DNA from: Notodromas monacha | Taxonomy: Eukaryota | Direction: 5' to 3' | Assembly (NCBI GenBank): GCA_905338405.1 | Contig: CAJPEX010000666.1 | Location: 1,741 to 47,197 of the forward strand | DNA: 45,457 bases | Shown here: piece after piece, positions 23,724 to 39,300 of the stretch | Layout: each line of letters begins with the position of its first letter | How positions within the stretch are numbered: position 1 is the first letter of the stretch | The notes under the pieces: generated by a model | Told to the model about the DNA's origin: nothing | The model's input: only the letters and a program-made list of their open reading frames with translations | Database searches by the model: none | Translations under genes and position numbers: made by a program

Positions 23724-26700
23724 TCACGGATTAATATCCAAGCCGCATTCGATGCTGACTCTTCCCCTCAAAGTAATCGCATTCTCGACGGTGAATAACA
23801 CAACTTGAGGCGGATTCGACGTTGTCACCAAGAGCAACTTGCGTTCCGATTCGAAAACGACGCCCCGCACCGCCGCGGACGCCTTCGGCCACGACGGAAC
23901 GGCCACCTTCTTCAACACCTTCTCCTGACCGCGGAGCATAACGGCGCTCCACGCGAAAAGATCGCCGCCGAGAGATCCCGTCACCAGACGCTTGCTCGCC
24001 ACACCTCGGAGTTCGCAGGCGCAACTAACCGCCAAATTATGCGACTGTAAAATAAAATTGGCAGTCGGAAAATTGAGGGATAGTTGACTAAATTGAAGAT
24101 TGTTTGGAGCACCACGCGATGACGAAACAATGACGGAAGAATGTAATCTCGTATTCTTCTTCGAAAAGAGGCCCTTTCCAAACAAAAATATTTCCGAAAT
24201 TACGGGACGATTAAAAGCAAAAAAAAAGGCGAATACTCAAACGGAAGTTCAATTCCGTTCGAGTGTCCAATTATTAGAGGTATTCATTCTTTGGTGGCTA
24301 CGGCTACAAGAAGAAATATTTCTTTTTGACGGAGTTGGGACAGTTAAGGGGGAAATGTCATTCAAACTGCAATATTTTTTTAAAATATGACAGCTAAAAT
24401 GCTGGAATTGGTCTCAAAAATTCGAAAAAAAAAAATTGTGCACGTGTAAAAAAAAATTTAAATATCACTTATTGAGGTGTTCAGGTCATTTGAATTCCAA
24501 AAACGACGAAAAATCCAACGTTTTCTCAAATATTTTTCTTTCTTTTCCAGTACTGCAAGCTCAGGGTGAAAATAAGCGGACTGAACGCTTGAATCCAGCA
24601 CGTAACAAATTCCAAGGGTCAAACCCACATATTCTTCCCTCATATTTGATTCAATGCATATTCTGTGATTATATTACCGAACAACGGTCGAAGAAGAAAA
24701 TGTCGAATGAGAAGAAGAAACCCGGAGAAAATTCAGAAAAATTTTACAATTTCCTAGACCACTTTGGCACTCACATTATCAACTTGAACAGGTTCCCAAT
24801 TCCCATTCGCCTTGATCATGTTCCAAACGACCAGAACCCCATTCAAATCACCCGTCACGGCAATCCTCAAAGAATCCAGGATCACGATCATGGATACCGC
24901 AGCCTTGTGCGGAGACCTACAAAAACATACAAATAAAATTTTAAAAATTGCAAACTTTCGCGAAATGTCCATTTACCTCAAGACATGAGCTGAATCAGTC
25001 GTTTCGGAATTTTGGACATCATCATTCGATTTTCGAATCGCTGCGGTGTCCCAAATGCGACAGGTTTTGTCGTTTCCACACGTGACAAACTTCCCACCCG
25101 AGCCGAAGCTTGACAATGATGACAGCGGGCCCGAATGTCCAACGAAAGTTGCTTCTTCTTTACCCTGAAAAATAAATCCATCAATCAATAAAACAAACAG
25201 AACATGTCATCAGTTTTTCTAAACCTCTTGAAACTTTGTTGATTACAGTATTCAAAATAAAGTTTTAAAACCGATTTAGAAGTCTTCCCTGATTTACGCG
25301 CCCGTTTATGTTTCTACAGTTTAGCAATATCCCAGACAATTAATTACAGTACAGTATTTTCAGATCAACTTTTTCTTTTGTGCATCAGGATTCAGGAGTC
25401 TTCTTCCATGTCCACATTACCAGTGCTGAACTTATTCCACAGATGTCGCTCATATAGCATTCAATTCAATATTGAACTTCCCTGAATATATATTCACCAA
25501 CCAGTTCCTCGCAGATCCATTCAAAATTCTTGGAAAGTAAAAGGTTATAAGGATTTATTTAGATTTAGCGTCAGTTCAACAAATAATTCCATCAGGCAAG
25601 GTGTAGAATTGGGAATGAGGGTTTCCCTTGCACCTCAACAATTTTGTGCACGCAACTGATTAGGTACAGTATAGGAATAGTATTCATATCCTGTAATTAT
25701 CTGGTCAGAGATCCAAAAAGATCCTGATCTATACTGGCGCAGAATATGAACATTAATAATGAGTCATGCGAATGCACAGAATAAGAATTCATCAATGGAT
25801 GAGATTAGAATATGAACACTAACCCCATCCATTGATACATGAATGAGCTCAGAACTGATATTTCACGGCCAGTTATTCACAGCACATGACTGAACCAACT
25901 CGGAAATAACATTCAGAAGTATCAAACCTATAAAAAAAATTCCACACAGCATGTTCTGGACAATCTCTGACCTCAGGAAGTAAATGCAAAGAACTCACCT
26001 GAAATAGCTGCAAAACGTTGATATTCCGAGCGTCAGCAACCACGAGAAGAGCATCTTCGATTTCCAAATCGCCCAGGATCTGCTTCCGGTCTTTTCGACC
26101 AGAATTCTGCTTCTCTTGCTCTTCCGCTTCCACTTCGTCGGCCCAGCTCAAGGTTTTGTCCTCTTCGCATTTTTGCGCGAAATTCACTCGGAAAGCAGGA
26201 ATGGAATACGCCGTCGTTGTGAAAGTCGCCAACTTCGCTCCCGTAATGGCCCATAAAATCGTGACTCCGTCCGAACTGCAGCTTACGACGTAGATTCCCT
26301 GCGATTGTTTCGGGACAAACACAGGAATACATTTGAGGAGTCGTTGTGGATTTTTTTTTTCAAAACGTTAGGTAGGTATACTTCATCACGTAAAATTAGG
26401 TGCCTCCTCAAAATTTTCAAGATCATTTTGTTAAATTTAAGAACTGCGTAACACATGTGAACATCTTTGTCCAGTATACACACAATGCAAGTATCCATTA
26501 ATTATTGTACTGTATCTAATATTTTATATCGATAATTTTGGGAGATAAAAACCAAATGATTACTATCTGGGACAATTTCTCCTTCTTATGCATAATTCAA
26601 GGAAAATGCTCCCGAGAACAATCTGAAATCCTTTCTTTGGGTTAAAGTTTCTTAAATGGTCTTGGCAGAGATATTCACTCATCATTAAAAAAAGCCACGC

Positions 26701-29700
26701 ATGATTAGCAGAAGCTTAATGAAGCCCACCATTTCTGTGGGACTCTCATTAAGCAGTTGAGGGATTCTCGAGGGTCTGAAGGAACCAATCAGCAATTTTA
26801 AAGAATTTTGCTCTGCCCCATAGACTTTTTTTTAGGAAATTAACCACACACTGTGATTGATTAGGTCCATTAAACGAGTCATCACTGAACAGTACAGCAA
26901 AAACCAGAGAGAGGAAAATCGTTACAGAAATATTTAGTTCAATCACTCGTACTTCGGCTTGAACGCTCGTCACGGCATTCTCGTGTCCATTCCGCATGTG
27001 ACTGAGTAGCTTCGCCTTTTCCGACGAATAAACCGCAACAGTGGCGTCCGCAGAACCTGTAACGAGGTAATCCTTGCCCAAAGCGCATCCCCAAGCCACA
27101 CAGGTTACAGAATCAGAATGCCAGTAGCCCACTTCCACGGGTGCTCCGAAATCACTTTCCGGTTGTAATATTTCAGCCGATTTCCACACACAAACCCTCT
27201 ACGTCGAATAAAAATAAAAAAGGAAGAGACCCAGAAATTTTCCATCAAGATGCCAGCAGCAGAGTTTCCCTCACGCAGATCGAAAAATAATTTTTTTTCC
27301 TAAATTTCACACGCACGATACAGGGAAATATTTCAACATACGCTGTTCACGCCAGACGCAGATGCCAAGCAAGTCCCGAGCTTATTTACAGCAATGCTAA
27401 CCACTGGTCCAGTAACTTGTGATAATGCGGACACGGCTTTGATTTCTCCAGTGTCCAGAATGCTTTTGGCATCAAAAATCCACACGGTTCCGTCATGGTA
27501 ACCTGAGAAATATACATTGAATGCTGCATCAGCAAAACAAACGTATAAATACAGTACTGTACTTCGCTGGATTGAAATCCAGATCATTTGAGATACTGTA
27601 TTTGGTAATTAAAATAAACCACATCTCATGTCAGACAGATACGGTTATTGATGCTAATCAATATTTAATTCTTCCTACTCGAAGAAAATGGAATTTTCAA
27701 AAGGGAGTTGACGATTCCAGTGAGGGCAGAGATCCCCAAGTTATTTTCCTCTCTCAACCTTCGAAAAGTCACTGCATGAATTTACGGCATTACGGGTAAG
27801 GTATTTTACATGAATGATGCTCAATAATTTCCCGGGGAATCGAAATTCCAAACTTCACCTGCCGTTTTCTTACAACGTCAGATTGAAGGAAATCCGAGCA
27901 AATAAAAAAAATCCAAAATTTTAAACCGAAAAGTTAAGACGCGTGAACGATTTCAACGCAGGACGAGATTGCATGTATATACCGGCGAGCACAAGAGATC
28001 CGTGACTGCTCAACGCATTCACGTTCGGAGAACCAATCTTCTTATTAAACATCTTCCCGTCATCTCGCAAAAACGTGAGTAAATTCGAGCCATCCGCAAA
28101 TGCCGCACAGAGACGACCACCAAACAGACACAGCACTTGAATGACCCGAGTTTGTCCCACAACGGCCTCAGTCACGTAACTCCTGCCCGGCTTGGACAAG
28201 TTGAACATCTTCAACCGACCATCTCTGAAGCCCACGGCCAACGCGTTCAAAGTGGTTTCTTGCAAGTGCATGCAGGATATTTCGTCAGAGGGTGGTAATG
28301 AATAGCACCTGAAATAAAACAAGGCTATATACACATCAGCTTTGGAACCAGTCTCTTGAAGTATAATTCCATGCATGTCATCGCGCCCATGAATGTTTTA
28401 CGAAAAGATCTGGTCTTTCCTTAACGGATTATAAGAGATGTTTCAATTCCACGCGGAATAAACATAGTGCAGTATTTCAAGAACAGTTATCGAATGTAAA
28501 TTAATTCTTCAATAATATATACATTAGAATCTCGTTATAACGAATGATTGCGTGGAACAACCTCATTTCATAGGTCCCAGCACAATACAAAGGATGTTAT
28601 TTGAATTTCTTCATAACGAAGCATTTTTCCAGGCCGTAAATCAAGGTACAATACAGTACATTATTTGTTTAGGGCGTGATGAAAATGTTTTAAATACTCT
28701 ATTCAGAAATTATGAGCATTTTCCGGGAAATCAGCCACTATAGTTGAAGTTCAATTAAAGTACAGTAGTTGGATTCGGTGAAATCTTTCGCAAAATTTTC
28801 AACAAAATTCTGTAAGTCAAGAGCACGACTTGCAGTAATCTCGTCATTATGAAGCCCTTGCTGGGACCAGCAGGATAAAAGAAATCGTTGCAATGATCCC
28901 CAATCAATATTTTTGCTACGCTGAAGAGTCCCAAGAAAGCAATTCGTTCTAAAAATTCGTTTCATCAAGATTTCACTCTAACTGCATACAGCAAACAAAA
29001 TAGCGAGAATCATACTTCTTCAGAGAGCTGGAGTTGGTGGGCCAAACAAAAATCCTGCCGTCGTCTCCGCCGCTCACGACAGTCATTCCATCTCTCGTGA
29101 ATGCCACAGAATTCACGGCACCGGCTCCCAGGGCCGGGAAAACGCCAACTTCCATTCCCAGGGAACTGGACCAAACCCTGACGGTTCCGTCGACAGAGCC
29201 CGAAGCAAGCGTGAGTCCATCTGCGGATAAAGCGATGGATCGCACGGAACCTGTATGTCCACGAAGGATGGCAATGCGATGTAACTTGACGGTGTCCCAG
29301 ATGCGGATGAGCGAGTCCCAGCCTCCGGTGACGATCACGTTTCGGGTAGGGTGGTGACTCACGCATGTGACTGGCTTGGGCTGGGTGACGCTGGAAAGTT
29401 CTCGATTGTCGCCTGTGTTCCAGATCTACGCGATGGGACGAAATGAGAATCAATAACGTACTTGTGGAATTATCAAAATATTCCTGCGGTCGACTGATCA
29501 ACAAGTTCCACGTCCCAGCGATTTCCTCAACAACTACACAGGTGTCGCCCAATTCCGTGACATTCGATCTGAGTAAGATGGACGACACGCTCCTACGATT
29601 TCCCCATTAACTACACAGGTGTCGCCCAAATGCAATATGACGTACAACAACAGTGAATCCCAGGTCACGATGATACTAAATTGTACCAGGCTATTCCTGC

Positions 29701-30302
29701 ATGTTTACACATGGGCTGGGTCAGTAGAGGCTCTCCTACGTTATTCCAAAAGATCACGAAAAAATTGAAATCAATCTAAAATTTTCGAGGGACACTTTCA
29801 GTTCGACGAAGAACGTTCTCGACTTCAATATTTTTATCGGCATCTAATATGCGTCACCTGGATCAAATTATCAATTGGAATAGAACGTGAGAGGCAATGT
29901 TTTTTCACGCGGTACGTGCATTAAAACATCAAAGTGTTCGAAAATAAACAAAATTTTAAATGGAAAAAAAAAGAGCACACAAACCTTGATCTTTCCGTCC
30001 CATCCGACAGAGACGTAGCTGAACAAGTCCGGGTTGACAGCGATCCCCGTTACCCTCGTCAAGTGACCTTTGGTTGATGAAAGACGCAACCCACGACCCA
30101 CGTCCCACACACAAATCTCGCCATTCTCTGACCCCGACACAAGCTTTTCGTCGCCCAAAAAACACAAGCTGTGCACCGCGGCCGAGTGTCCGACGAAGGT
30201 TTTCATTTCACGTCGTGTTTCCAGACAGAAGAGTCGAATCACGGCGTCTTCCGCGGCCACGGCAAGAATGTTCGAGTCGGTAGACACGCAGCATACAGTC
30301 AA
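23724..30302 (-). CDS. TEP1: WD40-repeat array of the TEP1-like gene spread over >=9 exons (29871-30302, 28973-29362, 27921-28376, 27333-27587, 26749-27189, 25873-26322, 24973-25188, 24754-24972, 23724-24185)
   Basis: Repeated WD signatures: GHTGSVRSIALSADGLTLASGSVDGTVRVWS, VVSGGDDGRIFVWP, GHSAAVHSLCFLGDEKLVSGSENGEICVWDV, VTGSADATVAVYS, GHSGPLSSLSSFGSGGKFVTCGNDKTCRIWDT, VTGDLNGVLVVWN, VSCSSDGVTILWA etc. Confidence 0.85.
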
Positions 30303-33300
30303 ACGCTGTAGAAGCAGACAATTATATACATAAAAAAAATGCAGTAAACAAATTTACGCCGTTTTCGCTCCAATACTTCAAAAATGCGTTGATGGCGAGA
30401 TTCTTTCGCTTTATCGTCCGCAATTAATTATTCCCATGAAAGAAAAGAAGTTCAGTTCATAAAATTCATGTTTCGCGCATTCCTCATAAACTGATGCGGC
30501 AAAACACGATGGAGTTCCCCTTCCCGAAAACAAGCGCTGGCATTGGAGTGAGTGCAAAAAAAAAGATTAACGCTTTTAATATTTTTGCATTAGAAATAAA
30601 GTGAATAAAATTTTTATTAAATACTGTACCTTGTTGACTATTCCGGACACCACGGCCAAACATGGATCTGAAGCAAACTCGGGCCTATTCTGCCATTCAA
30701 CTAAAGCAATTCGGCCTTCTTCCACAGCCATTCTTTCTTCGGCTTCCTTCCTAACCAAGGATTCCTTTCTTTCATTCAGGGCACACTGGAGCACCAAAGC
30801 CGGCGTGCTGCTTGCAGAAGAAAAGCATTATAAAGAAATATTTATCATAAGTAACTATGTTCATGCAAAATTGAACTTCGACTGGATGAAAAGAGCGCCA
30901 TACAAGTGAATGACGTGAATAATATATGAACCTTGCGAGAATGTGTAGATGGCGACGAACGAACGCGTGGTACTCCTTGAAGTCTGCGGATTCGAACAAA
31001 ATGGAATGACTTTTTTGTGCCTCCTTGTCGGCACATTTGAGATGCACATCCACAGTTTTGGATACAAGCTTAAAATCTTCCAGCAACGTTTCTGCCAGCC
31101 CCAGTGATGCTTTCAGCTCGATGAACCTGACATGAAATGCAAGAAAATTTAAAAAAAATGCTGAACAGAATGGGAATATGAGGAATACAAAGCTAATTCG
31201 CTGTAAAACTTGAAGCAGAAATTGGCAAAAAATTCAAAAATACACACCTACTACATGAACGCAATAAGAGAATAGAGGCAAACTAGTCGCTCAAAGTTTC
31301 TGCGAATGGACTTTCTCGTGTATGTGATCAACCATTTATCATCATTTTCAAAAAGGGGTATTTCTCTTTAGAGAAAAATTACCTAAAACTTCATTTAAGA
31401 AAAATTTAGCTCATAAAATTTGACATTAGAGGTGCTCTGGGATTTGAATAGTTCAATTTCGCTATAATCAAGTGAGAATCAAACCCACTTCAATTACTCA
31501 GAGAATCATACGGTACTTGATTTTTCAGGAAAGCTTTTTCACAGGCCAATGCAGCGTTAAGAAAATGCTGTCAACTTACCTCAGATTGCACAAAAATTTA
31601 TTTCCAAGGACTTCAAAACGTCCAGCGTGACAGAAATGATACGGCAAAGAAATCAAATCTCTCGGGGTGGATTTACTTGAAATATCGTCCGATTCCTCAT
31701 CCCAACATTTGCAGGAATGGTAGCCTTTGGAAAAGAATAAAAACAGTCCAATTTAGAAGAAACGCGAGCCAGAATAGTCAACTTGTGTCAGCAACAAGGG
31801 CAGTCGTAAGAGATTCAAAATTATTATAATTTTTTTTCGTATTGTGTGTCATCTCAATAGTTGGGGAGCATAGACTTATAGACTTAGAGTTTAAGCAAGG
31901 TAAGCAATTTTGCGAGAGAAAAAAAACGAATTTTCTACAATCCTTAAAAAAAATATTAGTCAGAACTGAACAGTAAATCATCAGTGACAACTTTGTGATT
32001 GTCAAATTTATCTTGGCAGTTGCAATGCTTTGTAAATACTGTACAAAATCCAATATATCTGAACAAAACTCCCAATTAAATTTAGTCGAAGACATAAATT
32101 TCACGCCACATGAGCTGAAGTATCTCCTTCTTCGTCCTGATCTTCCAGGAAAAAGGAAAAACATTTTCTCAAGCCAAGAAAAGATAGATACATAAGACAA
32201 ATATTGCGACAACCTCGTGATCTAAGCGGTGACTAGGTTAGAATCTTATTGAAACTCTTCATGCGATCTTTTAGATAATGAATTACTGGGGAATTTTTCA
32301 AGAGCGACACCTTCCTGATATTTCAGGAAGAAACGTAGGGTATTTCGGTGTTGATAAACTTACTAGCAAGAATTCCATGCAAGTTCGTCACGAAAGTCGA
32401 TCCCTTGCTGCCCACTGCGAGGTACCTAGAAGAGGCCACATCACGGAGAACCCTATGTGGGAACAAGTACACCGTTCCAGCACCAACAGGTGAAACGAGC
32501 CAATGTTTCACGGAACGTAAAAGACGCGAGACCAATCCGAACCCATCAAGTCCCAGCAACCCTTCAGCGTGAGCGTAAATTTCAGGAATGCCGGAGACAA
32601 ATGATCGTCGAACGTCGAAATCCGAAGTCAGCGACAGTGCGAAAACGTCCATGATTTCTTGTTCTTGTAAACCTAGTAATTGCAAAAGTTCATAAAATCT
32701 TCACACAATGAGCAAAATCTGAAAACGAAATGATAATTTCTTCATACAGAATCAAAGCCCGAGCTTCAACAAGTCTATGATTTCCTCAACTATTCACAGG
32801 CGTCACTTCAAACGCGTGATAAAGTTGCACATCGGTAAATGGGATCTACTGTATGATCAATCCAATCGCGAGGAACTTCTGCCATCCAAAAATCTTATCA
32901 ATCGTATCGTGCAAAGCTATATAGAATTTATATTGACTAATTGGTTTCGAAGCCTCGAAAAATCCTCCAGCCGAATACGGTGAAGATACTTGAAGGAATG
33001 TTTCATCGCATTTGACAAATATCCTTTATGAAGCTCTAAGTACCGTAATATCTCTTAGCAAATACGTAATGCATCGTTGAACAAGAAATACCGTACAAAA
33101 ACAGCAAACACACACTCCGAAACTATCAAAATAATTTTTGAACAATCAAAAGACATCTTGTTAAGCTTTCAGCATCCTTTTAGACGGGTTTAGATGGTAT
33201 TTTTCCCTCTAATTTGTTTCAGATTACGGTGAATCAGGTCCGGTTAATTTGAAGGTACTGTACTGTACTCTCTTTGTTAGGGTTTTAGACTCATTTAGGC

Positions 33301-36300
33301 GACACCTGTCCATGATTCCCGAAAATGAAGACCACAGTGTTGAAGCTGAAGAAACCGAAATAATTTCTCACCAGACCGAGAGATTAAAATCAGCTGCATA
33401 ATTCGCTCGACAAGGTCTCTGCCAAATTCCGATTCCAAGCGTCGAAGGATTTCTTCAAATAACAACTCCAACGAAACACCCAACTTCCGAATCTTCTCAT
33501 CCAACTGAAAATTAAAGATCGAGCAATCTGAGTTAGGAAAATATTCAGTGGAAAATTAAGCACGATTATTCAAAACCTTCTCAAACAGGCCGAAAATACG
33601 GATCTCTTCAACAGCGAGCTTGAGATAGAGCGGATTTCCCGCGTCCCGTTTCGATACGAGCATTCTCAACTGCGTAAAAAAAATGCATAAAAATTAAAAT
33701 TAAAGCGAAAAAAGTGCATAAAAATGCAGCACAGCGGACAAAAAATTCCAATTTCACCACGAACATAATGGAAACGGACCTTCGGAGCGGAAGATGAGTC
33801 ATCTAACGCTTTTCCGTATCGGGATAGTAAATTTTTCACGATGTCCATCCTTTCGTTGACCAACAAAGGTCCTAGAGTCCAAACACGCTTTGCTTTCGAA
33901 GCTATCACGTCAGTGGCTCGATGTTTCGGCGAATGATCCGATGCACCATTCGACGATGCCTCCTGTTGACTGACAATCAATGCCAAGCCCTTAATAATAA
34001 ACGAAACCAATTTTGAAATGTCAGACAGTTGGAGCGGAATTGATGCACATATAGTTTACGACCAACAGCCAGCCATACTCATAGAAAGGTTGCGGAGTTT
34101 TCACAATACAAATTATTCATTTAGCCTCATCACGGAAAATTCTGCAACGCTGGATTCTCGAAATTTCCCTCGAAATACAGTATACAACATTCTAAAGATG
34201 TAATACATTTTTTAGTGAAAATTTTCAAGTGAAAGATAGATGATGTGATCAATCACAAAAACCTTACATTTTCATTTTAATACCAGTCAAGTGCAATTTA
34301 AGTTTAACAACACAATCTTGTTACTTTCAAGCAATTGTTTCGACATAATTTTTGCGAAATCTAAAATTTTCTACAGTACTTGTTTCCAGAACCCGAGAGA
34401 CGATTTTCAAGCTATAATAAAAAAATACAGGTTTTCGCAGTTACCGTGTATCGTTCTGGCTCGAAAGAAGTATTTTCACAGAATATAACTTCTTAAAATA
34501 TTACCAAAAGGATGCACGATTTTCATTGAACCTGAGGTCTTGAAAATCGCCACGTTGGCGTTTCAGTCTTTTGTCGATTAACCAGCAGGATATCATACAC
34601 TTCTTACAGATCTTGAAGAAATTGTTCAGTGGGAATTAAGGAAGAGAAAATCAGACTATTCTCACCTCTGGGATTCCACTAAACGAAACACATTCCCAGA
34701 AATCCGCCATTTGAGAATCCGAGAAACCATCAACGAAAATCACCGCACTCTTGTCTCTGTCTTTAACTAACGACTTCAGAAGAACTGGAAAGTTCTTCAT
34801 ATACTCCTCACGACTTTCAGTTTTCAGCAAGGTTCCAGGATCGACTTCTTCGTCCCCGTCTTCAATGACCAAAGATTCTCTCAACGAGATGTCGTTGGTG
34901 ATGGAATCGAACAGATTTTTGATAATCGTCGAGGAATCGATGACTGTTTGTTCGGTAACATTCAATTCATCCACGAAGCAGCTGATGCTGATCGTCTTGG
35001 TCGACTGCATTTTCAGTTGATTGCGCAATTCTCTCTGTTGAGAATAAAACGGATAAACGACTCTTTTTCGGCAACACGCGGAAGTATTCTCTCCTTCTTA
35101 AAGCCCGAGCAAGTTTTGTGAAACTTCAGGTATAGGTGTCGCCTGAATCGCACCCAAAACAAAAGGACACACGTTCGCAATAAACTAAACCATTTTGCCA
35201 AAGCATAACAAAAAATACTGAAGTACAGTACTGTACAGTGACATTCAATGCTTTCAAGCAAACAAAATAACTTCAACTGATTTCAGACGACATCTATGCG
35301 ATATCAAAAGAAATTCAAGAATGTCATCAGAATCGTTGACCGACGTAAACAAGAATTCGTTGCGACATGACTAAGCAACTGTACTGCGTCAAGCAGAACA
35401 AACCTGGCCCATATTTCAACTAACTGAAAGAAATGCAGTAACCTTTGGAAGAATCCTACTTAAATATTCAAGAAAAATCAAATTAAAGTCATTGCTTTCA
35501 TTTGCGTGTACTTCACCAACCATAAACGCAGTCTTTCCAATGCCCTGCTTGCCAGTGATCAAATAGAGTCCACCTTTCTCTGAGATTTTCGTCACGGCGT
35601 TCTTGGCTTCATTCAGCGCGACTTGTCTTCCAAAGAATTCCTTTTCGAGCGAGAACCTCGAAAAGCTACATTTAGTTTCTTCGATTTCCTAAAAGAAGGG
35701 GGAACATATTAAAATTTTGTACAGTACTTGAAAACAAAAAAGTCAAGGTAATAAACCTCAGAATTTGCCATTTTCGTCACAGAATGCCAGACTTGATCGG
35801 CTACTCGCTCGGCAAATTCGTTCAGGTTAGCCATGATTGGTTTTCCATCGACGCAACCACCAAAGAAAGCCGGATATGCATCGCAAACTTCTGCTCCACT
35901 CGCTTTTATGCGTGACTTGAGCAAAGCTAATTTCAGTCGACTTTCTTCGCTCTCCGCTAAAAAGTCCCTTTTCATGTTTTCCGGCACGGAGCTAGTTTTG
36001 CAATTTTGAGAAAAAATTAAATTAATGAATCATCGGTCATCCCACGTTACTCGCATACACGCATGACTTCGGAGTTGACGATCTTCGAACATATTCTGTG
36101 CAACCAGATGTCTCACAAATTCAGCTGAAAGTTCTTCAGAATTGCCGCCAAGACCATTGCTGATTTTATGCAAGTTCTATTAAAGGGTCAGGAGGAGCAA
36201 ATTTAAGTTTCAAGACGTAAATTTTCCGAAATCTACAGTATATTAGCGGTATGGTTCAATTTTTGGAAGAGAGCAGATAAGCGTGATCAAATTGGCGGAT

Positions 36301-39300
36301 AAAATTGTCTAAAAAATGTGGGGGGAAATACAGATCAATAGTTTCATTTTTCAAAAAGAATGATGGCCGGGTACATCGTTTCCGGACTGCGCGAGGAAAT
36401 CACACCTTTTGTATACATGTATTATCGTATGCTGAAGAGGATATATACTAACCTCAAAGAGTCGGGATCTCTAAAAAAGAAGAACGCTTTCTCCTTAAAT
36501 TTATCTCTAGTTTCATCAGCCAAAACGGCAAATTCCATCTCGAGGTCCGTCACGGATTTGCCCGGTGGCACACGTTCGAGCCATGCAAATTCCTCACGCG
36601 ACGATATTCCCTCATAGTTTTCCACAACCCTTCCGTATCTTTCTCCTAAAATCCCGATGAAGATGTCGCTGTGGGCCACAGCTTCCAAGCTCATTTCCAG
36701 GGACCTGTAAATATAGACAGGATTGAATGAAAAAAATTATTGCGGACCGAAATATTGATGGAATGCAGAAAATTTATACTATACTTTTCAATACTATTTT
36801 CTTCATCTTCGGGGACACCCCAACGCAGGTCAACTTCCACAAGATTAATTCGCAATTGCCTCGCTTTTTCTCGCAATATAGGGAAAACGTAACGTCCAAG
36901 CAAGTCTCTCTCCCCGTGCATGTCGCGGAACGGCGAAGAAATGAATACTTGCACAGTTTTCCAAACTCTGCGGCAAAATAACACACGGAAGCATGCAATT
37001 AAAAAAAAATAATAATGAAAAAATACTATCTGAGAGGGTTGGTTAAACTTTTCGCCATTTTTGCACTTCATGTGTTCAGTTCATTTCCAAGAAAGGGAGT
37101 GAGGGAATGCTGCAGCTTTGACGAAATAGTATTCAATTCTTCCACTTCTGCTCAATTTTGCCAGGCTGGAATGGTTCGACGATTTAAAATTGAAATTTTA
37201 CCAAATCGAAGGGTGGAATTACAATTAATCCGTCACATTTGTACTATTTTGTGAATTTGAAGGCGGTAAAAGGGCAATAAAATATTTAAACGTATCTGCC
37301 ACGAATCTTAAGACCATTATTTCAATGAATAAAATAAGCTCTCATCTACAGAGTTTTTCCGGAAATTATGTGGAATTGAAGGTTTCCCTGAGATTGCAAC
37401 TGACGAGCAAGTTTTGCGAGAAAGATTGCAAACCCGCAGCGAATGAGGAAAAGGCTAGCTTTCATTTGAAAAGGATCCTCGGAGGCTCGTATTTCCGAAA
37501 ATCTACACGAACAACCAAAACCATCAGAATTGTTTACAATTACAAATTTAGAAAATTGTGTTGTACTTGGCGGAGATAACGTACAGCACCGAAGTATCCT
37601 CAATGAGCAGAACAAGTAAAACCTAATCAATTGACCGAATATACCTCAGTGCTTTAATTCTTACAGAAAATCCAAAAAACTTCCTAAAATTATCCCACGG
37701 GATATTGTTCGGAGAAATTTGGAATAAACCCTCGGCAAAAAATCAAATCATACCTGTTCAAGGAGCTGGAGTCATTCAAATGAGCCTTGCTTTGGAAATT
37801 GGTCAACATGAGTCGAGAATTTACGCGTGCGGGTAGGTTAAATCTTCTGTCAATTTTGTCCACGTGCTCGATCCGTTTAATTCCACTTCTCTCAGCCGCA
37901 AATCTGGAATCATTCAAACAACATTTTTGGTTTCATTTCGCCAATTCGACGACAGAAAAAAAAAAATTACCTCAACAAATGCTCGTTGAATCCAGATATC
38001 ATCACATTTTTCTCACAAGCTGACGATGAACTAAGTTCAGCATCCAAACTGAAAAAACGGACGCAAGGAACTTGAAATTCGTGAAACAAATTTGCCTCGG
38101 GAAAATATGAAATAAAAGCTCACCTTGTTTTTTCCGCAGCAAGATTCACCGACACATACAGAAAATCGGGATTGACGAACGCCCGATACTGATCCAAAAA
38201 TGCCTCCATATTGACTGATAATCCGTTGTTACTCGTCAGCACAATAAAGGTATCGATCTTTTCAGCGAAAAACAAAAATAAAATAAATAAAACAATCCTT
38301 TGTCTCTACACATAGCCATGAAGATTGTTAAATACGATACAAGAAGAAACTCCGGAGTTAATTGAGAAATAAAACTAACGTAGCCAACAAATGAATACGA
38401 ACCTTTTCTCTACTCGCTAACACACGCCGAACCGTGGCTTGATCCATGAACGTCTCGGAATAACTTTTAATACCCTGTCGGCGAAATTCAAAAACGCAAA
38501 ACAAAAATTAATAAGTTTATGACAAAAGAGCTCTATAATGACATTAAATGAAACTCACCCTGCCAGTAGAACACTCTGCAAGCAATAATGGCAAACTATC
38601 AAGTACAGAACCAGGAGCTTTTTTCAGTTCTTTTGGTTCGATTTGATCGCCAAATCCGGCAAATAACTTGGCGTCTTCGCCGACGCTAAGGGCCATAAGA
38701 CCAAGCAGCAGACCGACCTCCAACAACTAAAAACACACGTAATGAAATTTCGTTTATTGTATGAATAAACGTCGACATTTGGGTTCATAGAAAAAGCGCA
38801 AAAAGAAAACAACCGTTCGGGCTGAAAATACTTTGTGGAGATTTTGAAAAAAAAATCCCAAAAAAATTGAAGAACACCCTGAGGTAACCTTCCGAATTAA
38901 TCAAGTTATTAATTGAAGCTATTGCCATAAATTTTAATTACCTTCTCAAGTTCACAAAATGAAAACTGATGAATGGGAGAATTTTGACGTCAATCGTTTT
39001 GTAATGCCTGCACAGGTAGATTCTCACTACAACGATTTTCTCTGAACATAATAACGATTTTTCGTTCCATAGGGGAGAAAATCTACTCAACTATATAGGT
39101 TCTCTTACAACGGAATTCTCTTCACAACGCATCCTTTTTCGACCCCTGGATTTCTTCGTTGAGTGAATCGACCTGTATCATGAAAAACTGAATGATAATT
39201 TCAGAAGGAGCGTTAAAAAATGCTTGGGTTGGTCTCGTATACGATTTTCAAAAATTCTCGGGGAACTCAAAGCTTTTTCGGAACACCTATGGGAAATTTT

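Noticed and set aside
24436-24936. 166-aa plus-strand ORF
   Set aside because: Lies antisense to TEP1-like WD40 exons and intron. The sequence is low-complexity (K/N-rich) and typical of an AT-rich intron read-through.
29010-29588. 192-aa minus-strand ORF rich in Arg/His/Pro
   Set aside because: It is the alternative frame overlapping the genuine WD40 exon 28973-29362 (GHTGSVRSIALSADG...). The WD frame has the recognisable repeats, so this ORF is a frame artefact of GC-richer coding DNA.
31778-32212. 144-aa minus-strand ORF between NACHT-proximal and WD40 exons
   Set aside because: Translation is low-complexity and AT-codon dominated, with no motif continuity with neighbouring exons. Most likely intronic.
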